Positions 19,133-30,217 are shown, numbered from the stretch's first letter. The stretch: DNA of 64,000 bases from Verrucomicrobiales bacterium (GCA_031411295.1 JANOAV010000134.1:69953-133952); one strand, 5' to 3'. The notes: a model not told the origin generated them from the sequence alone. Numbers and translations are program-made.

Positions 19133-20155
19133 ATGAAACTCAAGCTCCTGATTCTTCTTGGTATTTCCTGTGGTTTCGCACTAGGCGCTGAGCCTGCGGG
19201 GGAGGCTTCGTCCCCTGAGGCCTTGCTGAATGCGGCGGTGGCCAATCCTGGGAGTTACTCGCAGATGTGTGACATGCAGTTGGTGGATCGCAAGGCGACG
19301 CCCTTGCCAATCTATGGGTTGATGCTGGACTCCGAATTTCAACTCAGTGTGGAAGTGCTGAGAACCCTGCGTTCCCGCCGGTCGGAGATCATCCCTTCGT
19401 TGGCAAAGCGACTGGCTGAACTCGATCTAATGCGCGACCCCCAAGTCTCTGAAATGAAATTTAAGGACGGATCGGGGACCGACATCCCGGAGGAGATTGC
19501 CAGCACGGGCTTGGATCCGAAGGCCTTGAGTCAGATTTTGCTTAAAATTGTGATTGATCTTAATGCCACGGAATGTCTGCCGGGCCTTTTGAAGTTGGAG
19601 AAGGAACTGTCGCAGAAACTTGAAGCCCATGCGGCTGATCCCACGCAACCCTTACCGGAGATTCAGAGTGATGCTGGTTTCATTCTTGGCAGTCCCACCA
19701 CCTACCAGCCGGAATTCCAGCCCAAGGAAGGTGAGGAGTTTACGCCAGAGGAAAACGCCAAGATAGCCGCCTTGCATAAACGGGTGGCGGCCATTGTCGC
19801 GCAGCGGGATTTGCTCGCCACCATGCTCTGTCTCTTGCGGCAGGAAAAATTTGGTCCCTTGCTGAAATCCAATTTCGAATCTTCGTTCGCCAAGAGTGTG
19901 AAGGCCGCTGCGAAGGAGGAAAATTTGGCTGCGGTGAAGAAACCCGCAGACATTGCCAAGGACGAAGCGGACTATCTTGGCTTCGACCCCATTCTCAATC
20001 TGCCGACCTATCCGGGGCGCAAGGCGACAGATGTGAAATACAACTCCGAGGTGCGCCAGCAGGTGCTGGATCTCGTTAACGAATTCCTCAAGACGGTGCC
20101 GGCGGAGAAACGTTTGGGAGCCAAGGGGATGACGCCTCGGGTCTATGTTCGCTAG
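19133..20155 (+). CDS. Hypothetical exported protein
   Basis: Signal peptide MKLKLLILLGISCGFALGA; ~340 aa helical; overlaps the next gene. Confidence 0.75.
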   Translation: MKLKLLILLGISCGFALGAEPAGEASSPEALLNAAVANPGSYSQMCDMQLVDRKATPLPIYGLMLDSEFQLSVEVLRTLRSRRSEIIPSLAKRLAELDLMRDPQVSEMKFKDGSGTDIPEEIASTGLDPKALSQILLKIVIDLNATECLPGLLKLEKELSQKLEAHAADPTQPLPEIQSDAGFILGSPTTYQPEFQPKEGEEFTPEENAKIAALHKRVAAIVAQRDLLATMLCLLRQEKFGPLLKSNFESSFAKSVKAAAKEENLAAVKKPADIAKDEADYLGFDPILNLPTYPGRKATDVKYNSEVRQQVLDLVNEFLKTVPAEKRLGAKGMTPRVYVR

Positions 20156-21002
20156 AATTTTTGTGCTGGCGATGGTGCTGCTGCGCCCCTGCCTGCAGGC
20201 GGATGGGCTTGCCGTAAAGGAATTCGCTAACGGGCATAAATTGCGGCTGATTCCTGACGGAAAGTTTCGGGTGGGCGCTAATGATCATCCGGCCAATCCC
20301 GCTCGTGAAGTAAAGTTGGCAGCTTATTGGATGGCGGAAGCGGAGACGACCAACGCACAATTTACCGCCTTTGTTAATGCCACGAGTTATGTCACCGATG
20401 CTGAGAAACGGGGATTCGGCCAAGTCTTCACAGAGGGGATGGCGGACTGGGCTTGGCAATCGGTGAAAGGGGCCAATTGGCGCTTCCCGTTCGGCCCAGA
20501 AAGGCCGGCGGCCCTGCCGCAGCACCCGGTAACTCAGATTAGCGGGGCAGACGCGGAGGCTTATTGCAAGTGGGCGCAATTGCGGTTGCCCAGCTTGGAC
20601 GAATGGGAGGTGGCGGCTCGGGCGGGCGCGGAAACGAGGTTTCCCTGGGGGCCGAATTACTCCCCCAAGCAAGCCAATACTTGGGACGGCAAGAGTCATC
20701 GCAAGAATTCGCTAGCCGATGGATTTCTCTACACCAGTCCGGTGAAATCGTTTCCGCCGAACGCGTGGGGACTGTATGACGTGATTGGGAACGTCTTTGA
20801 ATATTGCAGTGGCATTCCCGCCACGCTCCTGACCCGAGCGGGGCAGGAACGACGCTTGATGTCAGGACGGGGCGGCTCCTGGTGGTGCTCAGCAGGGACT
20901 TGCAGTTACTTTAATTTGGTGGACATCGGCACCATGGATAAACATGGCAGTCTGGCGAATCAGGGATTCCGGGTGGCGCTGTCGTTGGTATTAGAAAAAT
21001 AG
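20145..21002 (+). CDS. Formylglycine-generating enzyme (SUMF1) family protein
   Basis: ETTNAQF, HPVTQIS, RLPSLDEWE, PNAWGLYD, RGGSWWC..TC and GFR. Confidence 0.9.
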   Translation: MFARIFVLAMVLLRPCLQADGLAVKEFANGHKLRLIPDGKFRVGANDHPANPAREVKLAAYWMAEAETTNAQFTAFVNATSYVTDAEKRGFGQVFTEGMADWAWQSVKGANWRFPFGPERPAALPQHPVTQISGADAEAYCKWAQLRLPSLDEWEVAARAGAETRFPWGPNYSPKQANTWDGKSHRKNSLADGFLYTSPVKSFPPNAWGLYDVIGNVFEYCSGIPATLLTRAGQERRLMSGRGGSWWCSAGTCSYFNLVDIGTMDKHGSLANQGFRVALSLVLEK

Positions 21003-21111
21003 TCCCATGCTTCTTCCAGACGATGGATTTGCTGCCGCGGGAAATCTGGCCAGAATGCAAGATGGATGCATTTTGTGTTTTTCCTTCTGAAAATTGCCGC
21101 TAGTTTCCGGC

Positions 21112-21555
21112 ATGCCTGCCTCTGATACCTCCCAACTTAGCCTGCTCGGCCGCTCTGAAAATCGACTTCCCACTTCCCCTGATGAAGCGAAGCTGGAGTT
21201 CTTTGAGAACCGCCACGCCCAACGCGATTATTGGATCCATCTCGATTGCCCGGAATTCTCCAGCCTCTGCCCAGTCACGGGCCAGCCAGATATGGCCCGG
21301 ATCCAAATTCGTTATGTGCCGGACAAACTGTGCATCGAAACGAAGTCGCTTAAATTTTACCTGGCCGCGTTTCGCAATTTACCTTCGTTCAACGAGGATA
21401 TTGTGAACCGCGTGCTGACCGATCTCAGCAACGGCTGCAAGCCTCGTCGCATGGTGGTGCGGGGTTCCTTCGGATCCCGTGGGGGCATTCAACTGACTTG
21501 TCAGGCCAGCATTCCTGACGGGGCGGATGCCGCGCTTGGGCTGCTGCCATTATAA
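21112..21555 (+). CDS. queF: NADPH-dependent preQ0 reductase QueF (type I)
   Basis: EFSSLCPVTGQPD, IETKSLKFYL and RGGI. Confidence 0.94.
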   Translation: MPASDTSQLSLLGRSENRLPTSPDEAKLEFFENRHAQRDYWIHLDCPEFSSLCPVTGQPDMARIQIRYVPDKLCIETKSLKFYLAAFRNLPSFNEDIVNRVLTDLSNGCKPRRMVVRGSFGSRGGIQLTCQASIPDGADAALGLLPL

Positions 21556-21566
21556 ACGACGCACTT

Positions 21567-22243
<677 letters not shown>

Positions 22244-22247
<4 letters not shown>

Positions 22248-22990
22248 GACGCATCACCACTGAACAAACGGATTTCCAGCGCATCGAAGTCTGGGGCTCG
22301 GAACACGAAATAGAATTCCGCGTGGCCGGAGCGATCCATGCCACGTGGCACCAGCAGCGTTTCCTCACGGGCATGGCCTGGGACGCCATCACGGCGGGTG
22401 TGCTGCTGCGGGAGGAAGGCCCACCGAAGACACTACTCATGCTTGGTCTGGGCGGCGGCACCGCTTTGCGGCAGTTGAAGCACTTGATTCCTAACTTGGA
22501 AATCACGGCGTTGGAATTGGACGGTCGCATGATTTCTCTGGCCCGTAAATTCATGCACTTGGATGAGTTGGGGGTAAATATTGTCCAGGGCGATGCCTAT
22601 ACCTGGCTGAAACAGAATCGCCAGCGCTTCGATGCGGTGGTGGATGACGTTTACGGCAGTGGGGATTTGGACGTCTCCCGGCCCACCGTTTACACACCGG
22701 AATTGTCCTCCGCCTTGCAACGCAGCTTGGCTCCGGGCGGGGTGTTTGCGGCTAACTTGGTGACCGGAGCAGGGCATCGTAAGATGCAGAGTGCGTTCCG
22801 GAATTTCTTCACTTGGACGTTTCCCGTCGTGCGCAGCATCGCGCCCCACCTCAGTCTCAATGAAACTCTGGCTGGTGGAGCAACTTTGGCCGGTCCGTCC
22901 CGACTACGCCCGTATGAATACCTCTGGCCGCAGCGGAGGGATCAGGCGCTGTGGACGAAGTTGAAATGCCGCAGATTGCTGGCTGGTTAG
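22244..22990 (+). CDS. Spermidine-synthase-like class I SAM-dependent methyltransferase
   Basis: LMLGLGGG, ELD, GDA, FDAVVDD and LAPGGVF; GTGA overlap with queC. Confidence 0.8.
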
Positions 22991-23871
22991 GTTTTACGCT
23001 CTCCCGTTTCGTGATCCATTTTCTGGTCGAAGTATTTCCAGTCCAAGGCTCCGGGAATTTTCCAATTGCCCCGCATGCCGTAGCCGACATAAAGGATCAG
23101 GCGATGCAGGAAGAAGCAACAGATCAAGTAGCCGACGAGGGCAAAAAAGGACCATTTGTAGGCGCACCACGCACCGGCGGCGGTGATCACGAAATTGGAG
23201 TTCCGCACTTGGCGAAAATGTTCCCGCATGAAGCGACCTTTGAGCGCCAGGGAAAGCCGGAAGATGATCCGCCAGTCATCAATGATGTAGAACAATGCCC
23301 ACGCCAGCAACGCCGAGGCTACCGTGGCTTCGTCGGCAAATTTGATGGTCCAGAGCAGCAAAATATTTAATTCATAGAATCCCGTCTGCACTAGGTTAAT
23401 GGCGGTCTGGGCGAAGCGATTGCGATAGACTGGCAGGGAATCGGCATCCACTTGCTCGGCCTCTTTGTAGCGGAAGAGCCGTTTGGTGGATTCTTTGGTG
23501 GTGGGAAGTGGATCCAAGCGAAGCGCCTCGAACAGGCTTCGGGTGGCGTTGAGACCGACGGCTATCGAGGTGATGCGCAAGGCCAGCACGCCACTTTTGA
23601 GTTCTTCCGGCAGGTTCTTGTTGAGTGCCTGCCAGCCCTGCCAAAAATCGGTTTGATGCCGGGCCAGATTCAACAAATTGGCGATGGGATAAAACACGCA
23701 CGAGAGGGAAGTGAAGGCCGAAAGGCCCAAGGCCGCTAGCACGATGAACTCATCCACTTCGCGCAGATTATACGCCGCCCGGTGGGCAGTGATGAGCATA
23801 AAAATTAAGGCGAGAATGGCCGCTGCAACGAGCGAGGGGCCGAGACCTTCCGTCAGATAGCCTAGGGGCAT
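22987..23871 (-). CDS. Hypothetical multi-pass membrane protein
   Basis: 294 aa with about 6 hydrophobic segments; no recognised motif. Confidence 0.7.
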   Translation of the reverse strand: MPLGYLTEGLGPSLVAAAILALIFMLITAHRAAYNLREVDEFIVLAALGLSAFTSLSCVFYPIANLLNLARHQTDFWQGWQALNKNLPEELKSGVLALRITSIAVGLNATRSLFEALRLDPLPTTKESTKRLFRYKEAEQVDADSLPVYRNRFAQTAINLVQTGFYELNILLLWTIKFADEATVASALLAWALFYIIDDWRIIFRLSLALKGRFMREHFRQVRNSNFVITAAGAWCAYKWSFFALVGYLICCFFLHRLILYVGYGMRGNWKIPGALDWKYFDQKMDHETGERKT

Positions 23872-23998
23872 GGGAGTTGATTGGGTGATAACGAGCGGAA
23901 CCCCGGTCGTCCGATAGCATGCGTGCCCCTGTCATCGGTGCCAGTGGAATTTTTTTAGCGTTTTCTCATTGGTCCAAGCAGGAGCCGCAGAGTGCCCA

Positions 23999-24103
23999 GT
24001 GGCATGGGCGTCCCGCCCATTAGCCCCACCCCGCCCACTACCCCATCTCATAACCGTTACAACGTGTTATATTCTTGGCTGCTGGGCGGGACGCCCATGC
24101 CAC
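23999..24103. repeat. Inverted REP doublet, family A (REPIN-like)
   Basis: GTGGCATGGGCGTCCCGCCCA ... TGGGCGGGACGCCCATGCCAC, a perfect 21-bp inverted pair with a ~60-bp spacer. Confidence 0.8.
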
Positions 24104-24132
24104 GAGGCCTATCCATGAGCTTGGGCAGGGAC

Positions 24133-27100
24133 TTAATTCTGCGTTACCCGCAGCCGGCCGAAACGACGGTTGGCAGTGTTGGCCACGGTATCCCGCCAAA
24201 TGATGGTTTCGGTGCCATTGCCATTGTCCGTAATGCTGCCCACGGGGAGTCCAGCGGTCCAGGCGGCTACGGCCAGGGAATCGGAGAACTCGCCAATGTA
24301 AGTTAGATCACTGCGTGAACCCAGCGGACGAGTGACGCTGAGCGCCAGATAGTCGGTGCCACTGACATTTACCGTGGTCATGGTTGGCAGGCCCGCTTGG
24401 GCGGAAACGGTGCCGTCTAGACCCAGCGCGTATTCGATCAGATTTTGAATTCCGTCTAAATCAGGATCCGCTTGGGGCCCGATGATGCCTACGTTAGTTT
24501 CGCCAGGCCAGGTGGTGCTTTGCCAGTTGGCGAAGCCTGCTGGAGGCGTGGCGGACACAATTAAATTCACCACTCCCGGGGTGCTGGTGCTGATGGAATA
24601 AAACAGTCCTGGAGGGGTGCTGCCGAGGATCAGGCCGCTGCCGGTGCGGGCTCCGGTGTAGGTGATGATCGGAAAGGTTCCGGTCACGCCAGTGGCGTTC
24701 GTCACGTTCACTTTACCTGCCAATTCCAAGGCGCCCATCACCGTGATTTTGTCGCTGGTGGTGCCGAGGTCGAAGTTTAAATTAGTGTCCACGCCGAGGA
24801 CGAGCCCGCCATTCATATTCAAGGTTCCCACCCCGCCTGCGCCCGTCCCGGGCGAGAGGATGGATCCGGTGCTGGTTAGAAAATTCCCCGCCACCTGAGC
24901 CGGGCTGGCGGTGGTGCCGCCGGAAAGCGTCTGCGCGGCCTGCAGGAAGAAGTTCCCGGCGGTGGCAGTGACATCGAACGTGGCCCCGGGACTGATGCTG
25001 ATCACAGGCGAGCTGAGAATGGCGCCCGATGGTCCCAGCGCCAAGGTTCCCTCCTGGATAGTGGTGGTGCCGGTGTAGCCGTTTTCGTTATTCAGAATCC
25101 AGGTTCCGGTGCCCTGTTTGAGCAGGTTAGTCTTGTTGGTGGGGCCGCTGTCTGGAATGAGCCCACCGATCTCTCCGATCCCGGCGGTGGACCCTGTCAG
25201 CGTCAGCGTCTTGGGGCCCGCGCCCGTGGCGGTAAAACTACTGCTGAAGATCAGTTTCCCAGAGGGGCCGGATTGCTCCAGGAATGATTGCTGAGTGGTG
25301 GTGGCGGACAGGCTGATGACCCGGTCCGTGGTCTCTCCAGTGCCAGTGTAACGCAATGTTCCCTGCGCACCCGCTAATCCAATGGTTCCATTGGCTACCG
25401 TGACCGGTGCTCCCAAATTGCTGGTGGCACTGCCTCCCACCACGCTGTTGAAACTGGCAGCGCTCAGCGTGCCGCCATTGATATTGGTAGGGGTGGCATA
25501 AGTATTAGCACCAGAGAGCGTCCGCACACTGGTGGGATTTCCATTGCTACTGCAGGTTACTCGTGCCGTGCCGCTGATGACCCCGGTGATTTCCAAATTG
25601 CCCGCACCCTGGAGCACGAATTGATCCGTCGCGGCCCCCTGAGTAGTGATATTCCCAGAGATAGTTAGCAGGCCCGCATCCGAGCCGATTCGCATGACGG
25701 CCAGCGCGGGAATGGCCGTGATGTTGCCAGTCCATACGTTGTTGCCAGTTAGGCTGCGCAAGGCGCCCGGTCCGTTGTTAGTGGTGGTATTGCCATTACC
25801 AGTAAAGGTCAGCGTCTCCCCGGTCACGGTCACGCCACCCTGCAACCGCAGTTCCCCACCAGCGGGGACCACGGTGCCGGCAACGTTACTGCCCAAGGCG
25901 TTGGGGGTAGTCACGACCAGGCTTCCAGCGGAAATGGTGGTCAGACCGTCGTAGGAATTATTGCCAGTTAGGGTGGTCGCGCCTGCGCCCGTCTGCGATA
26001 TGTTTCCACTCCCACTGATCTCGTTAGCGACGGTGGTCGCATCTGAACGATTAAACACCAGCGCCCCCTGATCGACGATATTGCCTGTGCCCAGACTACC
26101 GATCGTGCCGCCCGCTCCCACTTGCAGGGTTCCGGCCGTGATGGTGGTAATGCCCGTGTAGGCATTGTTGCCGGTCAGCACGACGGTGCCCGTGCCGCTC
26201 TGCGTAAGGGCTCCATTGCCGGTGATGGTGCTCGCCACGGTGGCGTTATTCACGCCATAGTTGGTCACGATAATCGCGTTGTTCAGGACGTTCCCCAGCA
26301 GGGAACCAGTCGCATTGGTGCCATCGCCCAACTGCAGCGTGCCTGCCTGGATGGTGGTTCCGCCCGTGTAGGTGTTGGGATTGGCGAGCATCAGAGTGGC
26401 GGCTCCTGATTTCGTCAGCGAACCAGCGCCTGTCAAGGCATCGCCTGTCAGAGTGTAGGCGTTGGTGTTATTCGCAAAGACCACTGGACCGGGCGCGACA
26501 CTCCCCGGTTGAATGGCCACGGTAAAGGTGCTGGCAGTATCATCGAAGGTCACGGCGTCTCCGGTAATGAATTTGTCGCCCGCAGCCCCATTCAGCCAAT
26601 TGGTGGTCGTGTTGACATCCCAGAAGGTCGGGTTTGTCGCGTCCTGGCCTTTCCATTTCAAGTTTCCCGGGGCAAAATCAAACAGCAACTTGGTGCTAGT
26701 CCCGTTGAAATAAGGCGTGCCCCGACCCGTGAAGACGAAATTAGAGATCGGCCCCGTAATCCCACCGGGAGCATCAATCACCACGAGCCCCGTGCCCGCC
26801 GCAGCGGCGGTGGCATTCAAGGTCACGGTGCCAACCGTGGCATTCACAGTATTTGCGGTGATACTTCCAACTGTCGAGGGATCAAAATAAAGTTGATTGT
26901 TGCCACCGAAAATCAGCGCCCCGGTGGTGCTCCCTTCGCCCCCAAGTCCTGCCCCGCTAGCAACGGTGACATCGGAAGTTAGACTGCCGGTTAGGTTCAG
27001 CCGACCACCGTTGACGCTGGTAGTCCCACTGTAAGTATTGACTCCGCCTAACGTGACGGTGGCACTACCGCTGAGCACTACGGGACAGGCTCCGGAGATG

Positions 27101-28314
27101 GCGCCCGGAATGCTCAGGGTGCCCGTGCGATTGATCGTGATGGCGTTGGTCGTGTTATTCACCAGTGGCCCAGTGCCCACGCTGCCGCTGGCTCCGCCGT
27201 TGCCGATGTTCAGCGTTCCGGCAGTGATCGTGGTGGTGCCAGTGTAAGTATTATTTCCCGCTAAAGTAAGCGCAGCACTGCCCAACTTCTCCAAGCCGCC
27301 GCCGCCAGTGCCATCCAGTAAATTTTGCGCGATGGTGATATCGAACGCTCCGCTGTCAATCTTGGCTCCACCTGATTTCACGTTAGCCGTGGTCAGGTTC
27401 TGCAGGAAGGTCGGGTTGGTCTTGATGGCGACGAGCGTGCCACCGTTGAAGTTGAAGGTGGCATTCACCACGCCCGTTCCGGTCGGGGTGATTCTGGCCA
27501 CCGCCTGAGTGCTGACGGTGCCGCCGTTCAGATTGAAGGTGGCATTGACCGTGCCACCGGTTGGAGTGCCATTGCCGAAGCGAAGCCCTGCTCCTGAAGT
27601 AAGCGCGACCGAAAGCGATCCACTGTTCAGATTCACCACAGATGTCGTGTTAGACCCTGCCGTAATGATATTTCCCAGCACAAAGTTTCCGGCGGTATTG
27701 GTCATGGAAACAGCACCACCATTGATGTTCAGCGTCCCATTCAAGTTCGTGCCCGCATTGAAAGCCCCCACCACCATACTCGAAGCAATGGTGTAAGCCG
27801 CCCCCGCCCGCACATCCAATGTAGCCCCACCAGTGATTTCTGAAGGCGAAACGCTACCAGTGATTTTCCCATTCAGGGTCAACAATCCGCCACCTGTGAC
27901 CGTAAATGTAGCCGCTCGATTGAGGGTAAGATTACTCCCAATCGTAGCGGTCTTCCCCGTCGCGACGTTCACGGCTCCATTCGTGACGATCGTGGCGGGC
28001 GCAGCAGCATCCAACGTATAGCCACTATTGCTAAAGGTAATTCCCGCTGGGGCCACTCCAGCGGCCCCCACGTTGACAGCATAGGTTCCATCCGCCCCGC
28101 CGAAAACGGCCGTATTGGCTGCGGTCCAGGCCACATTACCGGTGCCATTATTCCACACCTGATTCGTGCCCACCAGATCCCACGTGCCATTGCCTGGGGT
28201 GATGACCGCCCCATCACCAGATGCGGTGTCCCAAGTTAGATTGACCGCAGGCAACGGAGCACCCGGCCAGAGCAGCACGGTGAGCAATGGCAGAAAGGAG
28301 AGGGATAATTTCAT
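24133..28314 (-). CDS. Large secreted protein with autotransporter-associated beta-strand repeats; no beta-barrel
   Basis: Signal peptide; many LTKxGxGTLxLxGxNTYTGxTTIxxGTL repeats; C-terminal DPDLDGIQNLIEYALG domain. Confidence 0.9.
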   Translation of the reverse strand: MKLSLSFLPLLTVLLWPGAPLPAVNLTWDTASGDGAVITPGNGTWDLVGTNQVWNNGTGNVAWTAANTAVFGGADGTYAVNVGAAGVAPAGITFSNSGYTLDAAAPATIVTNGAVNVATGKTATIGSNLTLNRAATFTVTGGGLLTLNGKITGSVSPSEITGGATLDVRAGAAYTIASSMVVGAFNAGTNLNGTLNINGGAVSMTNTAGNFVLGNIITAGSNTTSVVNLNSGSLSVALTSGAGLRFGNGTPTGGTVNATFNLNGGTVSTQAVARITPTGTGVVNATFNFNGGTLVAIKTNPTFLQNLTTANVKSGGAKIDSGAFDITIAQNLLDGTGGGGLEKLGSAALTLAGNNTYTGTTTITAGTLNIGNGGASGSVGTGPLVNNTTNAITINRTGTLSIPGAISGACPVVLSGSATVTLGGVNTYSGTTSVNGGRLNLTGSLTSDVTVASGAGLGGEGSTTGALIFGGNNQLYFDPSTVGSITANTVNATVGTVTLNATAAAAGTGLVVIDAPGGITGPISNFVFTGRGTPYFNGTSTKLLFDFAPGNLKWKGQDATNPTFWDVNTTTNWLNGAAGDKFITGDAVTFDDTASTFTVAIQPGSVAPGPVVFANNTNAYTLTGDALTGAGSLTKSGAATLMLANPNTYTGGTTIQAGTLQLGDGTNATGSLLGNVLNNAIIVTNYGVNNATVASTITGNGALTQSGTGTVVLTGNNAYTGITTITAGTLQVGAGGTIGSLGTGNIVDQGALVFNRSDATTVANEISGSGNISQTGAGATTLTGNNSYDGLTTISAGSLVVTTPNALGSNVAGTVVPAGGELRLQGGVTVTGETLTFTGNGNTTTNNGPGALRSLTGNNVWTGNITAIPALAVMRIGSDAGLLTISGNITTQGAATDQFVLQGAGNLEITGVISGTARVTCSSNGNPTSVRTLSGANTYATPTNINGGTLSAASFNSVVGGSATSNLGAPVTVANGTIGLAGAQGTLRYTGTGETTDRVISLSATTTQQSFLEQSGPSGKLIFSSSFTATGAGPKTLTLTGSTAGIGEIGGLIPDSGPTNKTNLLKQGTGTWILNNENGYTGTTTIQEGTLALGPSGAILSSPVISISPGATFDVTATAGNFFLQAAQTLSGGTTASPAQVAGNFLTSTGSILSPGTGAGGVGTLNMNGGLVLGVDTNLNFDLGTTSDKITVMGALELAGKVNVTNATGVTGTFPIITYTGARTGSGLILGSTPPGLFYSISTSTPGVVNLIVSATPPAGFANWQSTTWPGETNVGIIGPQADPDLDGIQNLIEYALGLDGTVSAQAGLPTMTTVNVSGTDYLALSVTRPLGSRSDLTYIGEFSDSLAVAAWTAGLPVGSITDNGNGTETIIWRDTVANTANRRFGRLRVTQN

Positions 28315-28464
28315 AGGGATGTTCGGGATAAGGATTTTGCGACCCGCGAGAATATCCCCGCAGACTAATTGAAATTGTTGTCAGTTGGCAAGAACTACAC
28401 ACTTCATTCGAAAATCGGTGTCCGACACACAGAAAGCCGGGACACCGCCGCACCATCACAACAA

Positions 28465-28626
28465 TATCCAGTTGGATAAATAAATATCCAAAAAGATAAT
28501 GATCAAGCAATCGCCACCATCCCGTTCGGTCCCGCTAAATAATTTGCAACTTTTGTTTCCATCTGTCTATCAACGAGTTACACCACACTCAACATTTCCC
28601 CACCACACTCTGGCACGGCATTAGCA
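28465..28626 (+). promoter_or_regulatory. sigma54 promoter of rtcBA with paired palindromic UAS and IHF site
   Basis: TATCC-N4-GGATA (28465-28478), TATCC-N4-AGATA (28485-28498), TATCAACGAGTTA = WATCAANNNNTTR (28568-28580) and TGGCACG-N4-TAGCA (28611-28626). Confidence 0.8.
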
Positions 28627-28694
28627 TTACCCTATGCCAGCACCGCAGAAATTTGTCTGTGGTCAATTGAACCAAGAAAATAGAAACTACGGCC

Positions 28695-30209
28695 ATGTCC
28701 GAAAATAACATCAACTCCCCGAACTCCATCTTCCACGTCACTGGTGAGGGCCAAGCCTTCATCCCAGCTCCTGGTAACAATGGCAAACCGATCACGGTCA
28801 TTGGCACCGAGGCCATTCGGAATGGATTCGATGCCACTTGCCTGCAACAAGCGCTGAATTCGCGTGGTGCTCCGGGCGTGACGGATCTGGTGTTGAACCC
28901 AGATGCTCACGCGGGTTATGGCGCTCCGGTCGGCTGCGTGATGGTTTCGCCAACGCACATTTATCCCGGCCCAGTCGGGGTGGATATCAAGTGCTCCATG
29001 AGCCTGTTGCAGATGAATATTCCTGACGAAGTCATCGCAGATAAACGTGTCCGTCGTGAACTGATCAACGCCATCGAGGAACGCACCCCAACCGGTGCGG
29101 GACGCGGCCAAAGCTCCGCCAAATTTGCCCGGAAAGTTTCCGTGGAATTGGCTGAAAAAGCCGTGGCTCAGGGCGCGAGCCGGGAAGTCTGTGAAGCGCT
29201 GGGAATCCCACCCGAGTGGGCGTCCCGCTGCGAAGACAGCTATCACGTTGGTCACGATGGCAACGTTTCCACCCTGGTGGAGCGCTTGGAAAAGATGCGT
29301 GCGTTCAATGCCTATCCGGTGTTTGCCAAGAAGATCGAACAGTTCGGCTCCTATGGTGGTGGCAATCACTTTGGTGAGTGCGAACGGGTGGAGTTGAGCC
29401 ACACGAATTCCTTAGTGAGCAAGGCTGCGGAAGCGTTTGGCCTGAAAGACCAACACGTGGCATTCCTTTCCCACTGCGGATCCCGCGGCTTCGGGCATGA
29501 CCTTGCCAGCCGTCAGTTCAAATCGTTGGAACAATTCTTCCAACGCTGGGGACTGCCGATGCCGGCGGGTGACCGTCAGTTAGTCTATGCCCCCTTGGGA
29601 ACGCCAGAGGCCAATGCCTATATCGACGATATGTCCCTGGGAGCCAACTTCGCGACCGTGAATCACTTGTTGATTAACGCGTTAGTGCTAGAGGCTTTCC
29701 AGGAAATCTTACCGGGAACGCAAGGTGAGCTGGTGTATTTCATCAGTCACAATATTGCCCGTGAAGAGATCGTGGATAACAAGCCGGCGTGGGTCCACCG
29801 CAAGGGAGCCACCCGCGCCTTTCCAGCCTTCCATCATGGATTGAAGGGCACGCCATTCTACGAAACCGGTCACCCGATCCTGTTGCCAGGAAACCCGCGC
29901 GATGGATCGGTGGTCATGGTGGCGAAACCTGGAGCGGAGAAAACCTGCTACAGCGTGAACCACGGTGCCGGTCGCGCCATGGGCCGCAAGGCTGCTGCGC
30001 GAACGCTGATCCAGTCCGAAGTGGACGCAGAAATGGACGCCCACGACATCCTGTCCAATTGCCGCAACTACCCAATCGACGAAGCCCCGAACGCCTACAA
30101 GGATTTCCCTGAAGTCCTCCGCAGCGTCGAAAAGGCCGGTCTGGCGGAAGTCGTCTGCAAATTGAAAGCCCGCTTCGTCATCAAAGATGGCTCGGCTGCG
30201 GATGACTAA
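28695..30209 (+). CDS. rtcB: RNA-splicing/repair ligase RtcB
   Basis: PDAHAGYG, GVDIKC, GGGNHF, HCGSRG, SHN, HRKGAT and HGAGR. Confidence 0.95.
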   Translation: MSENNINSPNSIFHVTGEGQAFIPAPGNNGKPITVIGTEAIRNGFDATCLQQALNSRGAPGVTDLVLNPDAHAGYGAPVGCVMVSPTHIYPGPVGVDIKCSMSLLQMNIPDEVIADKRVRRELINAIEERTPTGAGRGQSSAKFARKVSVELAEKAVAQGASREVCEALGIPPEWASRCEDSYHVGHDGNVSTLVERLEKMRAFNAYPVFAKKIEQFGSYGGGNHFGECERVELSHTNSLVSKAAEAFGLKDQHVAFLSHCGSRGFGHDLASRQFKSLEQFFQRWGLPMPAGDRQLVYAPLGTPEANAYIDDMSLGANFATVNHLLINALVLEAFQEILPGTQGELVYFISHNIAREEIVDNKPAWVHRKGATRAFPAFHHGLKGTPFYETGHPILLPGNPRDGSVVMVAKPGAEKTCYSVNHGAGRAMGRKAAARTLIQSEVDAEMDAHDILSNCRNYPIDEAPNAYKDFPEVLRSVEKAGLAEVVCKLKARFVIKDGSAADD

Positions 30210-30217
30210 GAAAGGAG

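Noticed and set aside
21003..21111. Possible preQ1 riboswitch upstream of queF
   Set aside because: No preQ1-I stem-loop with A-rich tail is recognisable.
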